From the NCBI GenBank assembly GCA_937859595.1, contig CALMAH010000038.1, forward strand, positions 59,119 to 123,118: a stretch of 64,000 nucleotides of DNA. The letters are read 5' to 3'. Position 1 is the stretch's first letter. Each line of letters starts with the position of its first letter. Both the position numbers and the translations under genes were made by a program. The notes beneath the pieces were generated by a model. That model was not told where the DNA came from and did not search any database. It saw nothing but the letters and a program-made list of their open reading frames with translations. Shown here in pieces: positions 45,137 through 54,877 of the stretch. Source of the stretch: an uncultured Acidobacteriota bacterium. Lineage in GTDB: Bacteria; Acidobacteriota; Blastocatellia; Pyrinomonadales; Pyrinomonadaceae.

Positions 45137-46924
45137 ATGAATACAAATATTTACAAAGGTTTTACGTTATTTTTCTCGATAATTTTACTTTTTGGTTCTG
45201 CCGCCTATTCTCAGACCGCTCAGGTTCGAACGACCCAAGACGCCATCAACAGGATCATCGACGATGCTGGCAAACGGTTTCGTGAGGGCCTGTTTGACCT
45301 CAACGAGAATCGCCGGTCCGAATCCGCGGAAAAGTTTGACCGTTCGGTTGAGGCATTCCTTTTTTCGGCCATAAACATCCAATCGGACCAACGTCTCCAG
45401 GCTTGCTACTCGCAGCTTCTTGAGACTGTTTTCCGGATAGAATTCCCATCTGAGAGCAATGTTCCCCAGATAGGAGCGTTGGCGGCGACCTGCGGGTGGC
45501 AATGGAATGCGGAGGACTTGAAACTTGCGGATTCCGTGGTCGCAAAAATAGTTCCGAAACGGCCATCGGAAACATCCAGGGCCGTTGCTGCGAACGAGTC
45601 GGCGGATGTACGGCCCAATGATGATCTCGTTGGCTTCAACAGTCAGGAGTTTGAAGCATCGCCACTCGATGAACTTTCCCGATTGGAGCTCACGCCCGAA
45701 GAGCTGGACATCGAAGGCAATCCCGTGGCTCAGCTGCAATATCAGTACATACAAAGTGCGGTTGAGAACAGGTCGCTGGGCTTTTCGTTCCAGGTTCATC
45801 CGATGATCCAGCAGTACATTAATTATTACCGGGGAAGAGGGCGCAGAACGATGGAAGTCGGCCTATACCGCTCCGGGATGTTTATGGGCATGGCTCGTAG
45901 GATCTTTCGCGAGGAGGGGGTTCCGGAGAACGTTGCCTGGCTGGGTCAAGTTGAAAGTGCGTGGAAACCTACGGCAATGTCCTGGGCCTCGGCCTCGGGT
46001 TTATGGCAGTTCATTCCGGGAACGGGAGCCCGATTCGGGTTAAGGAGGACCGCACACGTTGACGAGCGCAATAGCTTTGATGAAGCGACCCGAGCCTCCG
46101 CCCGATATCTCCGTTTTTTAGCGAACCGCTACGGCGGTAATTGGGAACTTGCGATGGCGGCCTATAACTGCGGAGAGGGCAACGTTGACCGTGCGATCCG
46201 CCGTGCCGGTGTTTCCAATTTCTGGGCTGCGTACCCTTACCTTCCACGAGAGACAAGAAACTATGTCCCGAACATTCTCGCCACGATACTGATCGCGAAT
46301 AACCCGCATCAGTATGGATTTGGACATGTAAGGCCGGCCCCGCCGCTGCGATATGACCGGATAAGGGTGCCGGCGTCAACCAATCTCAGCCTGATCGCTC
46401 AGGCGGCGGACACAACTGTCCAGTACATCAGATATCTCAACCCGCATCTCCGAACGAATATCACCCCACCAGAGCCGTACATCGTAAATATCCCGGCTGG
46501 CAAGGCCAATGAAGTGGTGGCGGTCTTCAGAAGAATGCCTGCAACGCGGATAAACAACACCAATATCGCGAATTCCGTGCAGGGTGAGACGTGGCAATCC
46601 ATTTCGAACCGTACCGGGGTCAGCGTTGCCGATCTGATGGCGGCGAACCCGGGCATGCGTACTCCGCGGGGTAAGGTCTTTGTCCCGGTAACACCGACGA
46701 ACGCCGGCCGAGTTCAGGCGACGAACTACGCAAGGCCGACCTCACAGGCGGCAGCTAATCAGCCCCAATCAAATTTCCGAGTCGTTAAGGCACAGGCAGG
46801 CGACACGGTTGCAAGATTAGCAACCCGCCACGGTGCCGAGCCTGCTGAGGTCGCAAAGCTCAACGGGCTTTTGACCAATTCTGTGTTGGGCGCGGGCCGG
46901 GAGATAAGGGTCCCAGTTAAGTAG
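45137..46924 (+). CDS. Lytic transglycosylase (MltD-like SLT domain) with C-terminal LysM repeats
   Basis: VESAWKPTAMSWASASGLWQF and AYNCGEGNV (SLT). LysM-like segments sit near the C-terminus. Confidence 0.8.
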   Translation: MNTNIYKGFTLFFSIILLFGSAAYSQTAQVRTTQDAINRIIDDAGKRFREGLFDLNENRRSESAEKFDRSVEAFLFSAINIQSDQRLQACYSQLLETVFRIEFPSESNVPQIGALAATCGWQWNAEDLKLADSVVAKIVPKRPSETSRAVAANESADVRPNDDLVGFNSQEFEASPLDELSRLELTPEELDIEGNPVAQLQYQYIQSAVENRSLGFSFQVHPMIQQYINYYRGRGRRTMEVGLYRSGMFMGMARRIFREEGVPENVAWLGQVESAWKPTAMSWASASGLWQFIPGTGARFGLRRTAHVDERNSFDEATRASARYLRFLANRYGGNWELAMAAYNCGEGNVDRAIRRAGVSNFWAAYPYLPRETRNYVPNILATILIANNPHQYGFGHVRPAPPLRYDRIRVPASTNLSLIAQAADTTVQYIRYLNPHLRTNITPPEPYIVNIPAGKANEVVAVFRRMPATRINNTNIANSVQGETWQSISNRTGVSVADLMAANPGMRTPRGKVFVPVTPTNAGRVQATNYARPTSQAAANQPQSNFRVVKAQAGDTVARLATRHGAEPAEVAKLNGLLTNSVLGAGREIRVPVK

Positions 46925-47005
46925 GCCATTTGGCAATTCAGCCTCCGTTTTCGTTACTTTAGGGCCGGGACCTGTGTTGGGACTCGGCCCTTCGTATTGG
47001 CGACG

Positions 47006-47890
47006 ATGAAGCTATGGCTCACAAAAAATGCCGAGGTCCCGGTCCGAGAGCAGCTTTCGACTCAAATAGAGCTTGCCGTAGCGGCCGGTGATCTTCTGCC
47101 GGGCGACCGAGTTCCGAGCACACAGGAGATCGCCCGTCGTTTCGGGGTCCACGCGAATACGGTAGCCTCGGCTTATCGAGCGTTGGTTGAGGAAGGGATG
47201 CTGGAGTTCCGTCCGGGCAGCGGATACTTCGTAACCGGCGGCGACCAGCAGACTGCCGACATACACTTTCTTTTGCGTCGTAAGGTCGAGGAACTCGTTG
47301 CGTGGGCCCGTGCTCATGGGATCGAGTCCGAGGAGATCTCCACCCTCCTGGGAAAGAATAGGGAAGACACCGCTCGACGTGTCCTCCTTGTAGAATCTGA
47401 CCGAGGGCTTCGCGACATTCTCCGATGTGAGCTCCAGGCGGCCGGATTTTCGGTAGAATGCATGGCGCTTGAAGAATTCAGGGCGAACGGCTCGAATGGG
47501 AATGGCCTTATTGTCGCGATGTTCGACGAACGGCGTCACCTTGAGCCTTTGCTTACCAACGGCGAACGCTGTGTGTTCCTTACCGGCCGCTCGGTGGCCG
47601 AATCGATGACAGGCGAGACGCGGCCTGATCCCGACAGGTCGATCGGAGTGCTATCCGGTTGGGACGGGTTCCTGACCCTTTCCCGGATAATGCTGCTTGC
47701 CGCAAAGGTCGAACCCGGGCAGCTGATCGTTCGTTCGCGGAACGACGCGGACTGGGAAGATGCCCTGCGAAATGTAGCATTCGTAATATGCGATCCGCTA
47801 TCTGCACGGTCACTCCCGAGGGAACTTCCCGCTCGGATCTTTCGCGTTGTTTCTGACGAATCGCTGCGAGAGGTCGAAGCACTTTTCTAA
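47006..47890 (+). CDS. GntR-family transcriptional regulator
   Basis: GDRVPSTQEIARRFGVHANTVASAYRALVEEGML. ATG at 47006. Confidence 0.7.
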   Translation: MKLWLTKNAEVPVREQLSTQIELAVAAGDLLPGDRVPSTQEIARRFGVHANTVASAYRALVEEGMLEFRPGSGYFVTGGDQQTADIHFLLRRKVEELVAWARAHGIESEEISTLLGKNREDTARRVLLVESDRGLRDILRCELQAAGFSVECMALEEFRANGSNGNGLIVAMFDERRHLEPLLTNGERCVFLTGRSVAESMTGETRPDPDRSIGVLSGWDGFLTLSRIMLLAAKVEPGQLIVRSRNDADWEDALRNVAFVICDPLSARSLPRELPARIFRVVSDESLREVEALF

Positions 47891-47947
47891 CCTGCGAATT
47901 CTCCCGCCTTGACAATCATTCAAACTGTAACGATACTGGTTACAGTT

Positions 47948-48370
47948 ATGGCGGCAAATAGTCAATTCGCGATCGCGATCCACGTGCTTTCAATGCTGGC
48001 GCGGTCGGGGAAGAACAATCTGAAATCGGAGTTGATCGCCGAAAGTGTTAATACGAATCCGGTTGTGATTCGCCGCCTTATCGGCCAACTTGGCCAGGCT
48101 GATCTTGTCATTTCGCAAACGGGTGCCCACGGCGGTACGCGATTGGCGCGTCGCCCAGCAGACATCACGCTTTCCGAGATATACAAGGCCGTGGCCAAGG
48201 GCGAGGTGTTCGCTCTCCACCCTCGATCGCCAAACCAGGATTGTCCGGTCGGCCGAAATATTGAATCTGTTCTGTGCAATTTGCAGAAAGAGATCGACAA
48301 GGGGATCGAGGAAAAACTTTCACGATACACGCTCAAGAATATGTGCGATCTAGTTGAATATGGAACTTGA
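47948..48370 (+). CDS. Rrf2-family transcriptional regulator
   Basis: MAANSQFAIAIHVLSMLA.. is a typical Rrf2 N-terminus. Confidence 0.8.
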   Translation: MAANSQFAIAIHVLSMLARSGKNNLKSELIAESVNTNPVVIRRLIGQLGQADLVISQTGAHGGTRLARRPADITLSEIYKAVAKGEVFALHPRSPNQDCPVGRNIESVLCNLQKEIDKGIEEKLSRYTLKNMCDLVEYGT

Positions 48371-48533
48371 TGCCTCACATTATTGGCGAAGTCACGTGAG
48401 CAGCGTGGCGGCCGGAGTGGAGTAAACGGCGGACACATCGGTAACGAAGGGGGCTAACCGTAGTTCAGTCTGAAATTTGTCCGGTGCTTCCAAAACTATT
48501 TGAAACGATGGACCTTAGATCAAGGAACAATAA

Positions 48534-49208
48534 ATGAGAACCTTTGGACTAGTAATTTTGTTTACGGCCCTTTCTTTGGTTTTGGCCTGCGAAGACCCTG
48601 CTGATAACAAGCCGTCGGCGAAGCTAACTGAGACGAACACCGACGATGCGACTAATGCGCGAACCATTGCGTTGAGTGAAGCTGAAACCGGGGTGAAAGG
48701 TGAGGCTCTTGCTATCTCACCGGAAAATTCAAGGATCGAGTTCGTGGGCTCAAAGGTAACGGGAAAGCATGACGGGGGCTTTTCGCGCTTTATCGGGACC
48801 ATTGATCTGGTTGACGGTATGGTTGAGGGAAGTACGGTAACGGTCGAGATCGATATGGCGTCGGTATTTACGGACGACGAGCGTCTAACGGAGCATCTGA
48901 GAACACAGGATTTTTTCGAGATCGCTAGTTATCCGAAGTCCCATTTCAGGCTCACAAAGATCGAACGCGACCGAACCGCAGGTGAGGATACTTATGCCGT
49001 GACCGGAGACCTCGAACTTAGAAGTGTTAGAAGATCGATCGAATTCCCTGCGACCATAAGGGTAAACGATGCTGACGTGGAGGTCGTATCGGAATTTTCG
49101 TTCAACAGAAAAGATTTCGGCATTGTCTATTCCGGAAAGGCGGATGACCTGATACGTGATCGGGTGCTCATGCGCCTTAACCTCAAGGCGCCGCGAAAGG
49201 GGCAATAG
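48534..49208 (+). CDS. YceI-family periplasmic (lipid/polyisoprenoid-binding) protein
   Basis: Lipoprotein-like signal and the SRIEFVGSKVTGKHDGGFSRF motif. Confidence 0.8.
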   Translation: MRTFGLVILFTALSLVLACEDPADNKPSAKLTETNTDDATNARTIALSEAETGVKGEALAISPENSRIEFVGSKVTGKHDGGFSRFIGTIDLVDGMVEGSTVTVEIDMASVFTDDERLTEHLRTQDFFEIASYPKSHFRLTKIERDRTAGEDTYAVTGDLELRSVRRSIEFPATIRVNDADVEVVSEFSFNRKDFGIVYSGKADDLIRDRVLMRLNLKAPRKGQ

Positions 49209-49288
49209 ATCTCAGGGGTTCGGCCGGCTGTAACAGGCTCTCTTCCTGTCTTGAGCATACATCCCGCCGGATCCCGCTTCTTTTTTTG

Positions 49289-50311
49289 ATGAAGGCTATC
49301 GAAATCCAAAAATTCGGCCTTGACGGCCTGGCGATCGTTGATCGTCCAGTGTCCGAACCGGGCCCGGGCGAGGTACTGATAAAGTTTCACGCCGCCTCCG
49401 TAAATCGACGCGACCTGATGGTAGCGGAGGGAACTTACAATCCGCGAATGAAACTACCCGCAATACCCCTCTCTGACGGCGCCGGGGAGATCGACGCAGT
49501 CGGGAGCGGCGTCCATCAATGGTCGGTGGGAGATCGCGTAATGCCAATATTCGCCCAGCGGTGGTTTGATGGCGATCCATCTGCAGAGATAAGGCGAACC
49601 TCGCTCGGAGCCGGGCCGTTCTGGGACGGAGTGATGCGGGAATTTGGTGTGTTTTCGGCAGATTCCATTGTGCGGATACCCGACCACCTGTCGTATGAGG
49701 AAGCGGCAACACTTCCATGTGCTGCACTTACAGCTTGGAACGCCCTCGTCGAATCAGGAAAACTTAAGGCCGGCGACACGGTTCTCACGCTGGGCACCGG
49801 CGGGGTTTCGCTGTTCGCCGTCCAATTCGCGAAGATGTTCGGTGCAAGGGTGATCGCCACAACAAGCAGTGACGCGAAGGCCGTGAGATTGAAGGATCTC
49901 GGTGCTGACGAGACGATCAATTATATGCAATTCGAAGCTTGGGAAGAAAAAGTGCTCGAGTTAACGAATGGGCCGGGGGTGGATCACGTTGTCGAGGTCG
50001 GCGGAGCGGATACGCTTCCACGGTCGATCCGCTCCGTTCGGCTTGGTGGGCACATTGCTCTGATCGGCGCGTTGAGCGGTGGAACCGGATTTGACGCCGT
50101 TTCGGTCTTCATGAAATCGATCCGACTCCAGGGCATCTATGTTGGTTCAAAAAGGATGTTCCTTGAAATGAACCGAGCCATCTCAGCAAATCAGATGGCT
50201 CCGGTTTTGGATAAGGTGTACGAGTTTGAAGAAATTGCAGCGGCGCTCGTTCGGATGAGATCCGGTGAGCATTTCGGAAAGATCGCCGTTCGTATCGGTA
50301 GTCACAGATGA
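49289..50311 (+). CDS. Zinc-type alcohol dehydrogenase / NADPH:quinone oxidoreductase family
   Basis: MDR fold, with GTGGVSLFAVQFAK as the Rossmann motif. Confidence 0.8.
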   Translation: MKAIEIQKFGLDGLAIVDRPVSEPGPGEVLIKFHAASVNRRDLMVAEGTYNPRMKLPAIPLSDGAGEIDAVGSGVHQWSVGDRVMPIFAQRWFDGDPSAEIRRTSLGAGPFWDGVMREFGVFSADSIVRIPDHLSYEEAATLPCAALTAWNALVESGKLKAGDTVLTLGTGGVSLFAVQFAKMFGARVIATTSSDAKAVRLKDLGADETINYMQFEAWEEKVLELTNGPGVDHVVEVGGADTLPRSIRSVRLGGHIALIGALSGGTGFDAVSVFMKSIRLQGIYVGSKRMFLEMNRAISANQMAPVLDKVYEFEEIAAALVRMRSGEHFGKIAVRIGSHR

Positions 50312-50458
50312 AGGAGTACTTGACATTTGTAACTGCTATTGTTACACTTCTTCTCGTTCGTCTGGACCGCGGGTGATCTCCGGTCGTTGAACACGGTTCA
50401 GATTTTGAGAAGAGATCCAGGCAAGTTATTATTAAGCCTTTAATATCAGGAGAATGAA

Positions 50459-50785
50459 ATGGGAAATTTTGCTAAAGCTGTTACAGACAGTGATTTCGAG
50501 AAAGATGTGATGAACTCTGACAAGCCCGCGCTTGTCGATTTTTGGGCAGAGTGGTGCGGTCCCTGCCGTATGATCGCTCCTTCGATAGAGGCCGTTGCCG
50601 AGGAATACGAAGGTAAGGCGGGTGTGTTTAAGATGAACGTTGATGAGAATCCGGGCGTTACCGACCGATTCGGCATTCGCGGTATTCCGACCTTGATCCT
50701 TTTCAAAGGCGGCCAGGAGCAGGAGCGTATCGTGGGGATGGTCTCAAAAGAGGCTATCGCCAAGGTCGTCGCCAAATACGTCTAG
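50459..50785 (+). CDS. trxA: Thioredoxin
   Basis: WAEWCGPCR active site, 108 aa, CAGGAGA RBS. Confidence 0.9.
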   Translation: MGNFAKAVTDSDFEKDVMNSDKPALVDFWAEWCGPCRMIAPSIEAVAEEYEGKAGVFKMNVDENPGVTDRFGIRGIPTLILFKGGQEQERIVGMVSKEAIAKVVAKYV

Positions 50786-50796
50786 AGTAACTCTGC

Positions 50797-50835
50797 GCGT
50801 CAGTCGGCAAGAACATGCTGACTGACGCAATTTTT
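50797..50835 (+). terminator. Terminator after trxA
   Basis: GCGTCAGTC..GACTGACGC stem followed by AATTTTT. Confidence 0.55.
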
Positions 50836-50874
50836 GGCTTGACAATATAACTGCATAGGCATAGAGTGATATAT

Positions 50875-51204
50875 ATGGAGAAGGAATTTTCACCGCTGAT
50901 GCTTGAGTTGGTAGCCGAAAGGTTTCGTGTCTTGTCAGAGCCTGTCCGGCTTCACCTAGTAAATCTGCTTCGCAACGGAGAGCTTTCGGTTTCTGAGCTA
51001 ACGCGGAGCGTGCGGACGAGCCAGCCGAATGTGAGCAAACACCTGAGGGTGCTTGCAGACGCCGGTGTCTTGCGTCGAGAACAGCGTGGAAATGTCGCGT
51101 ACTACTCGATCGCGGATGAGAGCATCTTCAAGCTCTGCGAAGTGGTTTGCGATTCATTGGAGGAGCGATTGAGAAAACAAGTTGAGGTCTTTTCGTTGAC
51201 CTAA
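50875..51204 (+). CDS. ArsR/SmtB-family regulator (BigR/SqrR-like context)
   Basis: wHTH LSVSELTRSVRTSQPNVSKHLRVL and a C-terminal CEVVC pair. It is the first gene of the sulfur operon. Confidence 0.8.
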   Translation: MEKEFSPLMLELVAERFRVLSEPVRLHLVNLLRNGELSVSELTRSVRTSQPNVSKHLRVLADAGVLRREQRGNVAYYSIADESIFKLCEVVCDSLEERLRKQVEVFSLT

Positions 51205-51218
51205 GGAGAAAAGAAAAA

Positions 51219-51737
51219 ATGAGTGAATGTACAGTGGTTGGGCTAAAGGAACAGTTGGAAAACGGGGAGATCCATCTTGTGGATGTGCGGGAAGAGATGG
51301 AGTTTGCCGGTGGGAGGATATCGGGGGCTTCGTGTCTTCCGTTGGGTGAGATCGAAAGGCGGCACGGGGAACTCGATCATTCAAAGCCCATTTACGTAAT
51401 GTGCCGTACTGGCCGTCGTTCGGCCGAGGCCCAGGCGAGGTTGAAGGCCCTTGGCTTCAAGAACGTCATCAACGTCGTAGGCGGGATCGAGGCTTGGAAA
51501 AAAGAGGCACTGCCGATCGAGCGCGACGAATATGCACCATGGTCAATAGAGCGCCAAGTGCGCTTCACGGCCGGACTGCTGGTGTTTACCGGCGTCATGC
51601 TAAGTCTGATCGTGCATCCGTATTTTATTGCGCTCGCGGGGTTTGTGGGGTTCGGCCTGGCGTTCACTGCAGTGATTGATTGGTGCGGCATGGGCCTGCT
51701 GATTGCAAAGATGCCCTGGAACAAAAGAGTGGCTTAA
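51219..51737 (+). CDS. Rhodanese domain fused to a DUF2892 membrane domain (YgaP-like)
   Basis: Catalytic loop VMCRTGRRS, and a C-terminal two-TM DUF2892-like segment. Confidence 0.75.
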   Translation: MSECTVVGLKEQLENGEIHLVDVREEMEFAGGRISGASCLPLGEIERRHGELDHSKPIYVMCRTGRRSAEAQARLKALGFKNVINVVGGIEAWKKEALPIERDEYAPWSIERQVRFTAGLLVFTGVMLSLIVHPYFIALAGFVGFGLAFTAVIDWCGMGLLIAKMPWNKRVA

Positions 51738-51761
51738 GGATAGTAACAAGAGGAGAAGAAG

Positions 51762-53141
51762 ATGAGATTCAAACAGTTTTATTTGGGATGTTTGGCACAC
51801 GCTTCGTACTATATCGGCTCTGGCGAAGAAGCTGCGATCATCGACCCGCAGCGCGACGTTCAACAGTACATAGATGAGGCCGACGCGAACAGACAGAAGA
51901 TCAAATACGTGATCGAGACCCACTCGCACGCGGATTTCGTCAGCGGCCATTTGGAACTTGCAGAAAGAACCGGAGCCGAGATCATTTACGGTCAGCGGGC
52001 GAATACAGAGTTTCCCACTCTTAAGGTCAAGGACGGCGATACGCTGATGCTTGGCAAGATAGAGCTTAAGTTTTTGGAAACGCCCGGGCATACGCCTGAG
52101 GGGATAACGATACTTGCGCGAAACACCGAGGCGCCGGACGAGCCGATGAAGATGTTCACAGGCGACACGCTATTTATCGGAGATGTCGGCAGGCCGGACC
52201 TGATCGGATCAAAGGGCTTTACCGCCGAGCAGATGGGGGCGATGCTCTATGATTCGCTCCACGAAAAGATCCTGCCGCTTCCGGATGAAACGGAAGTATA
52301 TCCGGCACATGGGGCAGGATCGCTGTGTGGTAAATCGCTGTCAAAGGAAACCTGGTCAACGCTCGGCGAGCAGCGAAAGTTCAACTACGCGCTGAAGCCG
52401 ATGAGCAAAAAAGAGTTCATCAAGGTGGTCGCATCAGACCAGCCCGAAGTTCCGGCCTATTTTCCGGTGAGCGCGGCGCAGAATCTTAAGGGTTCGGCAT
52501 CGCTGGAAGATCTGCCAAAGCCTGAAAAGCTATCGACCGACGAGATCCTTGAGTTTGACGGCATCGTCGTTGATGTTAGGCGGAATACTGAATACGGGAC
52601 AGGGCACGTTCCAAATTCGATAAACATCGGCCTCGGCGGGCAGTTTGCGTCCTGGGCAGGCACGCTTATACCGATCGGAACGCCGGTGGCAATAGTCGCT
52701 GAAAACGAAGAACAGGTCGATGAGGCGTTTATGCGGCTCGCCCGCGTCGGAATCGAAACGACAAAGGGCTTCATCCTGATCGAAGATTTCGCTGCGGAGA
52801 AGAAGAAGGTCGAGCAGATAACTGTCGATAAGGCGAAGGAAGCGATCTCGCTTAAAGGGGCTCAGTTCGTCGATGTCCGCCGGCCGGCCGAACACGCAAA
52901 CGGCCACGCCGAAGGCACAGTCAATATTCCGCTCGACAGGCTCTCACGTGAGATCGATATGCTCAACCCAGAGCTTCCGACCTATGTCATATGCCAGAGC
53001 GGTTATCGTTCGAGCCTCGGGACCAGCATACTCGAGAACGCCGGTTTCAAGGAGATCTATAACGTAACGGGCGGCACGAACGCCTGGACTGAGGCGGAAC
53101 TACCGACCGCGGTCTCATCCACAGCGTGCGCGGCCTTGTAG
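51762..53141 (+). CDS. MBL-fold persulfide dioxygenase-like enzyme fused to two rhodanese domains (Blh/CstB-like)
   Basis: ETHSHADFVSGH metal motif, and a C-terminal rhodanese with the ICQSGYRSS loop. Confidence 0.85.
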   Translation: MRFKQFYLGCLAHASYYIGSGEEAAIIDPQRDVQQYIDEADANRQKIKYVIETHSHADFVSGHLELAERTGAEIIYGQRANTEFPTLKVKDGDTLMLGKIELKFLETPGHTPEGITILARNTEAPDEPMKMFTGDTLFIGDVGRPDLIGSKGFTAEQMGAMLYDSLHEKILPLPDETEVYPAHGAGSLCGKSLSKETWSTLGEQRKFNYALKPMSKKEFIKVVASDQPEVPAYFPVSAAQNLKGSASLEDLPKPEKLSTDEILEFDGIVVDVRRNTEYGTGHVPNSINIGLGGQFASWAGTLIPIGTPVAIVAENEEQVDEAFMRLARVGIETTKGFILIEDFAAEKKKVEQITVDKAKEAISLKGAQFVDVRRPAEHANGHAEGTVNIPLDRLSREIDMLNPELPTYVICQSGYRSSLGTSILENAGFKEIYNVTGGTNAWTEAELPTAVSSTACAAL

Positions 53142-53186
53142 TCCTTGGTCGAAAGGCGACTCGAAAGGGTCGCCTACTCGTTTCTA

Positions 53187-53993
53187 ATGGAGATTCTTGC
53201 TTACATTTTCGCGGCGGCGATCGGCATCTCGCTTGGACTTATCGGGGCCGGGGGCAGCATTTTGACGGTGCCCGTGCTCGTCTATATGGCGGGTGTTGAC
53301 CCTGTATTGGCAACGGCCTATTCACTCTTTGTGGTTGGGTCGACTGCGCTGGTCGGGGGTGTTCAGAACACCTTCAGAAGGCTGGTTGATATAAAGACCG
53401 CCATTCTCTTTGGCATCCCGTCTATTGTGGCCGTGTACTCGACGCGTGCCTGGATCCTCCCCTCGATACCGGCAGAGTTGAGTCTCTGGAGCCTGGCTGT
53501 CTCCAAGGGGACTGGTATCTTACTGCTTTTCGCGGCGCTTATGGTCGCGACGTCGCTTTCGATGATCCGCGGTCCCGGCAAAGCTAACGAACTGTTGGAA
53601 GCTGGAAAAACGACCCATTCGCATCATTACGGCCTGGTGCTTCTTGAGGGGATCGGGGTCGGAGTCCTGACCGGGTTGGTCGGTGCCGGCGGCGGATTCC
53701 TGATCATACCGGCACTGGTGCTTCTGGCTGGGCTCGAGATGAAGGTTGCGATCGGCACCTCGCTGTTCATTATCGCAATGAAATCGCTTCTTGGCTTTAC
53801 CGGTGACATTCATGCCGGAGTTGAGATCGACTGGCCTTTTTTGCTGCTTTTCACGGCATCGTCAGTAAGCGGCATCTTTATTGGGACTTGGCTGACGAAG
53901 TTCATTGATGGATATAGACTTAAGCGAGGCTTTGGATGGTTCGTGTTGGTGATGGGCATCTACATGATATTTCGAGAGACATTGTTAACATAA
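53187..53993 (+). CDS. TauE/SafE-family sulfite/anion exporter
   Basis: Multi-TM protein with duplicated GAGGS/GAGGGF motifs. ATG at 53187. Confidence 0.8.
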   Translation: MEILAYIFAAAIGISLGLIGAGGSILTVPVLVYMAGVDPVLATAYSLFVVGSTALVGGVQNTFRRLVDIKTAILFGIPSIVAVYSTRAWILPSIPAELSLWSLAVSKGTGILLLFAALMVATSLSMIRGPGKANELLEAGKTTHSHHYGLVLLEGIGVGVLTGLVGAGGGFLIIPALVLLAGLEMKVAIGTSLFIIAMKSLLGFTGDIHAGVEIDWPFLLLFTASSVSGIFIGTWLTKFIDGYRLKRGFGWFVLVMGIYMIFRETLLT

Positions 53994-54002
53994 AGGAAGG
54001 CT

Positions 54003-54092
54003 ATGGAAAATTTGCTTATTGTATTGGCGATCGTCGGCGGATGGCTTTTGCTGCAGCTCGTTATCTTGCCGAGACTAGGATTTGATACCTGA
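54003..54092 (+). CDS. Possible 29-aa single-TM micro-protein
   Basis: ATG 9 nt after the TauE stop. The translation is MENLLIVLAIVGGWLLLQLVILPRLGFDT. The only evidence is position and hydrophobicity. Confidence 0.25.
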   Translation: MENLLIVLAIVGGWLLLQLVILPRLGFDT

Positions 54093-54173
54093 CTACGGGG
54101 ATCTTGCGGCGCCGGGTCGCGGCGCAGGGGCAATAAAGTTGAGCCAAATACGAAACCTGAAGGAGAAAACTAA

Positions 54174-54458
54174 ATGGCAAACGAAGGTTATCACGAACCC
54201 TACGAAGAGTTGTCTGATGAAACGCGGGATATGCACAGGGCCATCATTTCGTTGATGGAGGAACTAGAGGCTGTTGACTGGTACAATCAAAGAATTGATG
54301 TTTGCCAGGATGTAGAGCTCAAGGAAATACTGATCCACAACCGCGACGAAGAAAAGGAACACGCCGCGATGGTGCTGGAATGGATCCGCCGGCGCGACCC
54401 GAAGATAGACAAATATCTAAGGCATTTTCTATTCAAGGACGGCGACATCGCTCACTAA
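54174..54458 (+). CDS. Encapsulated-ferritin-like (EncFtn) protein without a recognisable encapsulin targeting peptide
   Basis: HEPYEELSDETRDMHRAIISLMEELEAVDWYNQRID...HNRDEEKEHAAMVLEWIRRRDP closely follows the EncFtn core I remember from Rhodospirillum rubrum. AAGGAGA RBS. Confidence 0.8.
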   Translation: MANEGYHEPYEELSDETRDMHRAIISLMEELEAVDWYNQRIDVCQDVELKEILIHNRDEEKEHAAMVLEWIRRRDPKIDKYLRHFLFKDGDIAH

Positions 54459-54877
54459 AATCATGGGAGTGGGAGAAGTGGAGACAGTACCGATCTTTTG
54501 TAAAAAATTAGAATTCGCTGACGACTCCCATTTTTGGCAATATCCGTCGCACAAGGTGCTCGCTGGCTTTGACGAACCCGAGAGTGTTTCCATTGCCCTA
54601 AAGGAGCTGTGAAATTCCCAGATAAATGAAGACGGGATCTAGGTCGAAAAGCGCTTGCGTCGGGCATTGGACAGTATTTGGCCGAAGATCGCACGAAAGA
54701 GATAACATTTGGATCTGGCACAGACCCTGCTTGTCGGAACGCGGTCATCTTTTTGGGAGCGCCATTTTTGCTCGCCATACTGGTATGCTCCGTACCGGAG
54801 CATTTTGCATGGCCTCATTTAATATTAAACCTGGTCGATTTATCTGATAGACTTTACGATATCTGAACGATCGACCG

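Noticed and set aside
54459-54877. Degraded encapsulin shell gene downstream of EncFtn
   Set aside because: The gap is only about 420 nt, all frames are broken by stops within short distances, and no fragment resembles an encapsulin N-terminus that I can recognise.
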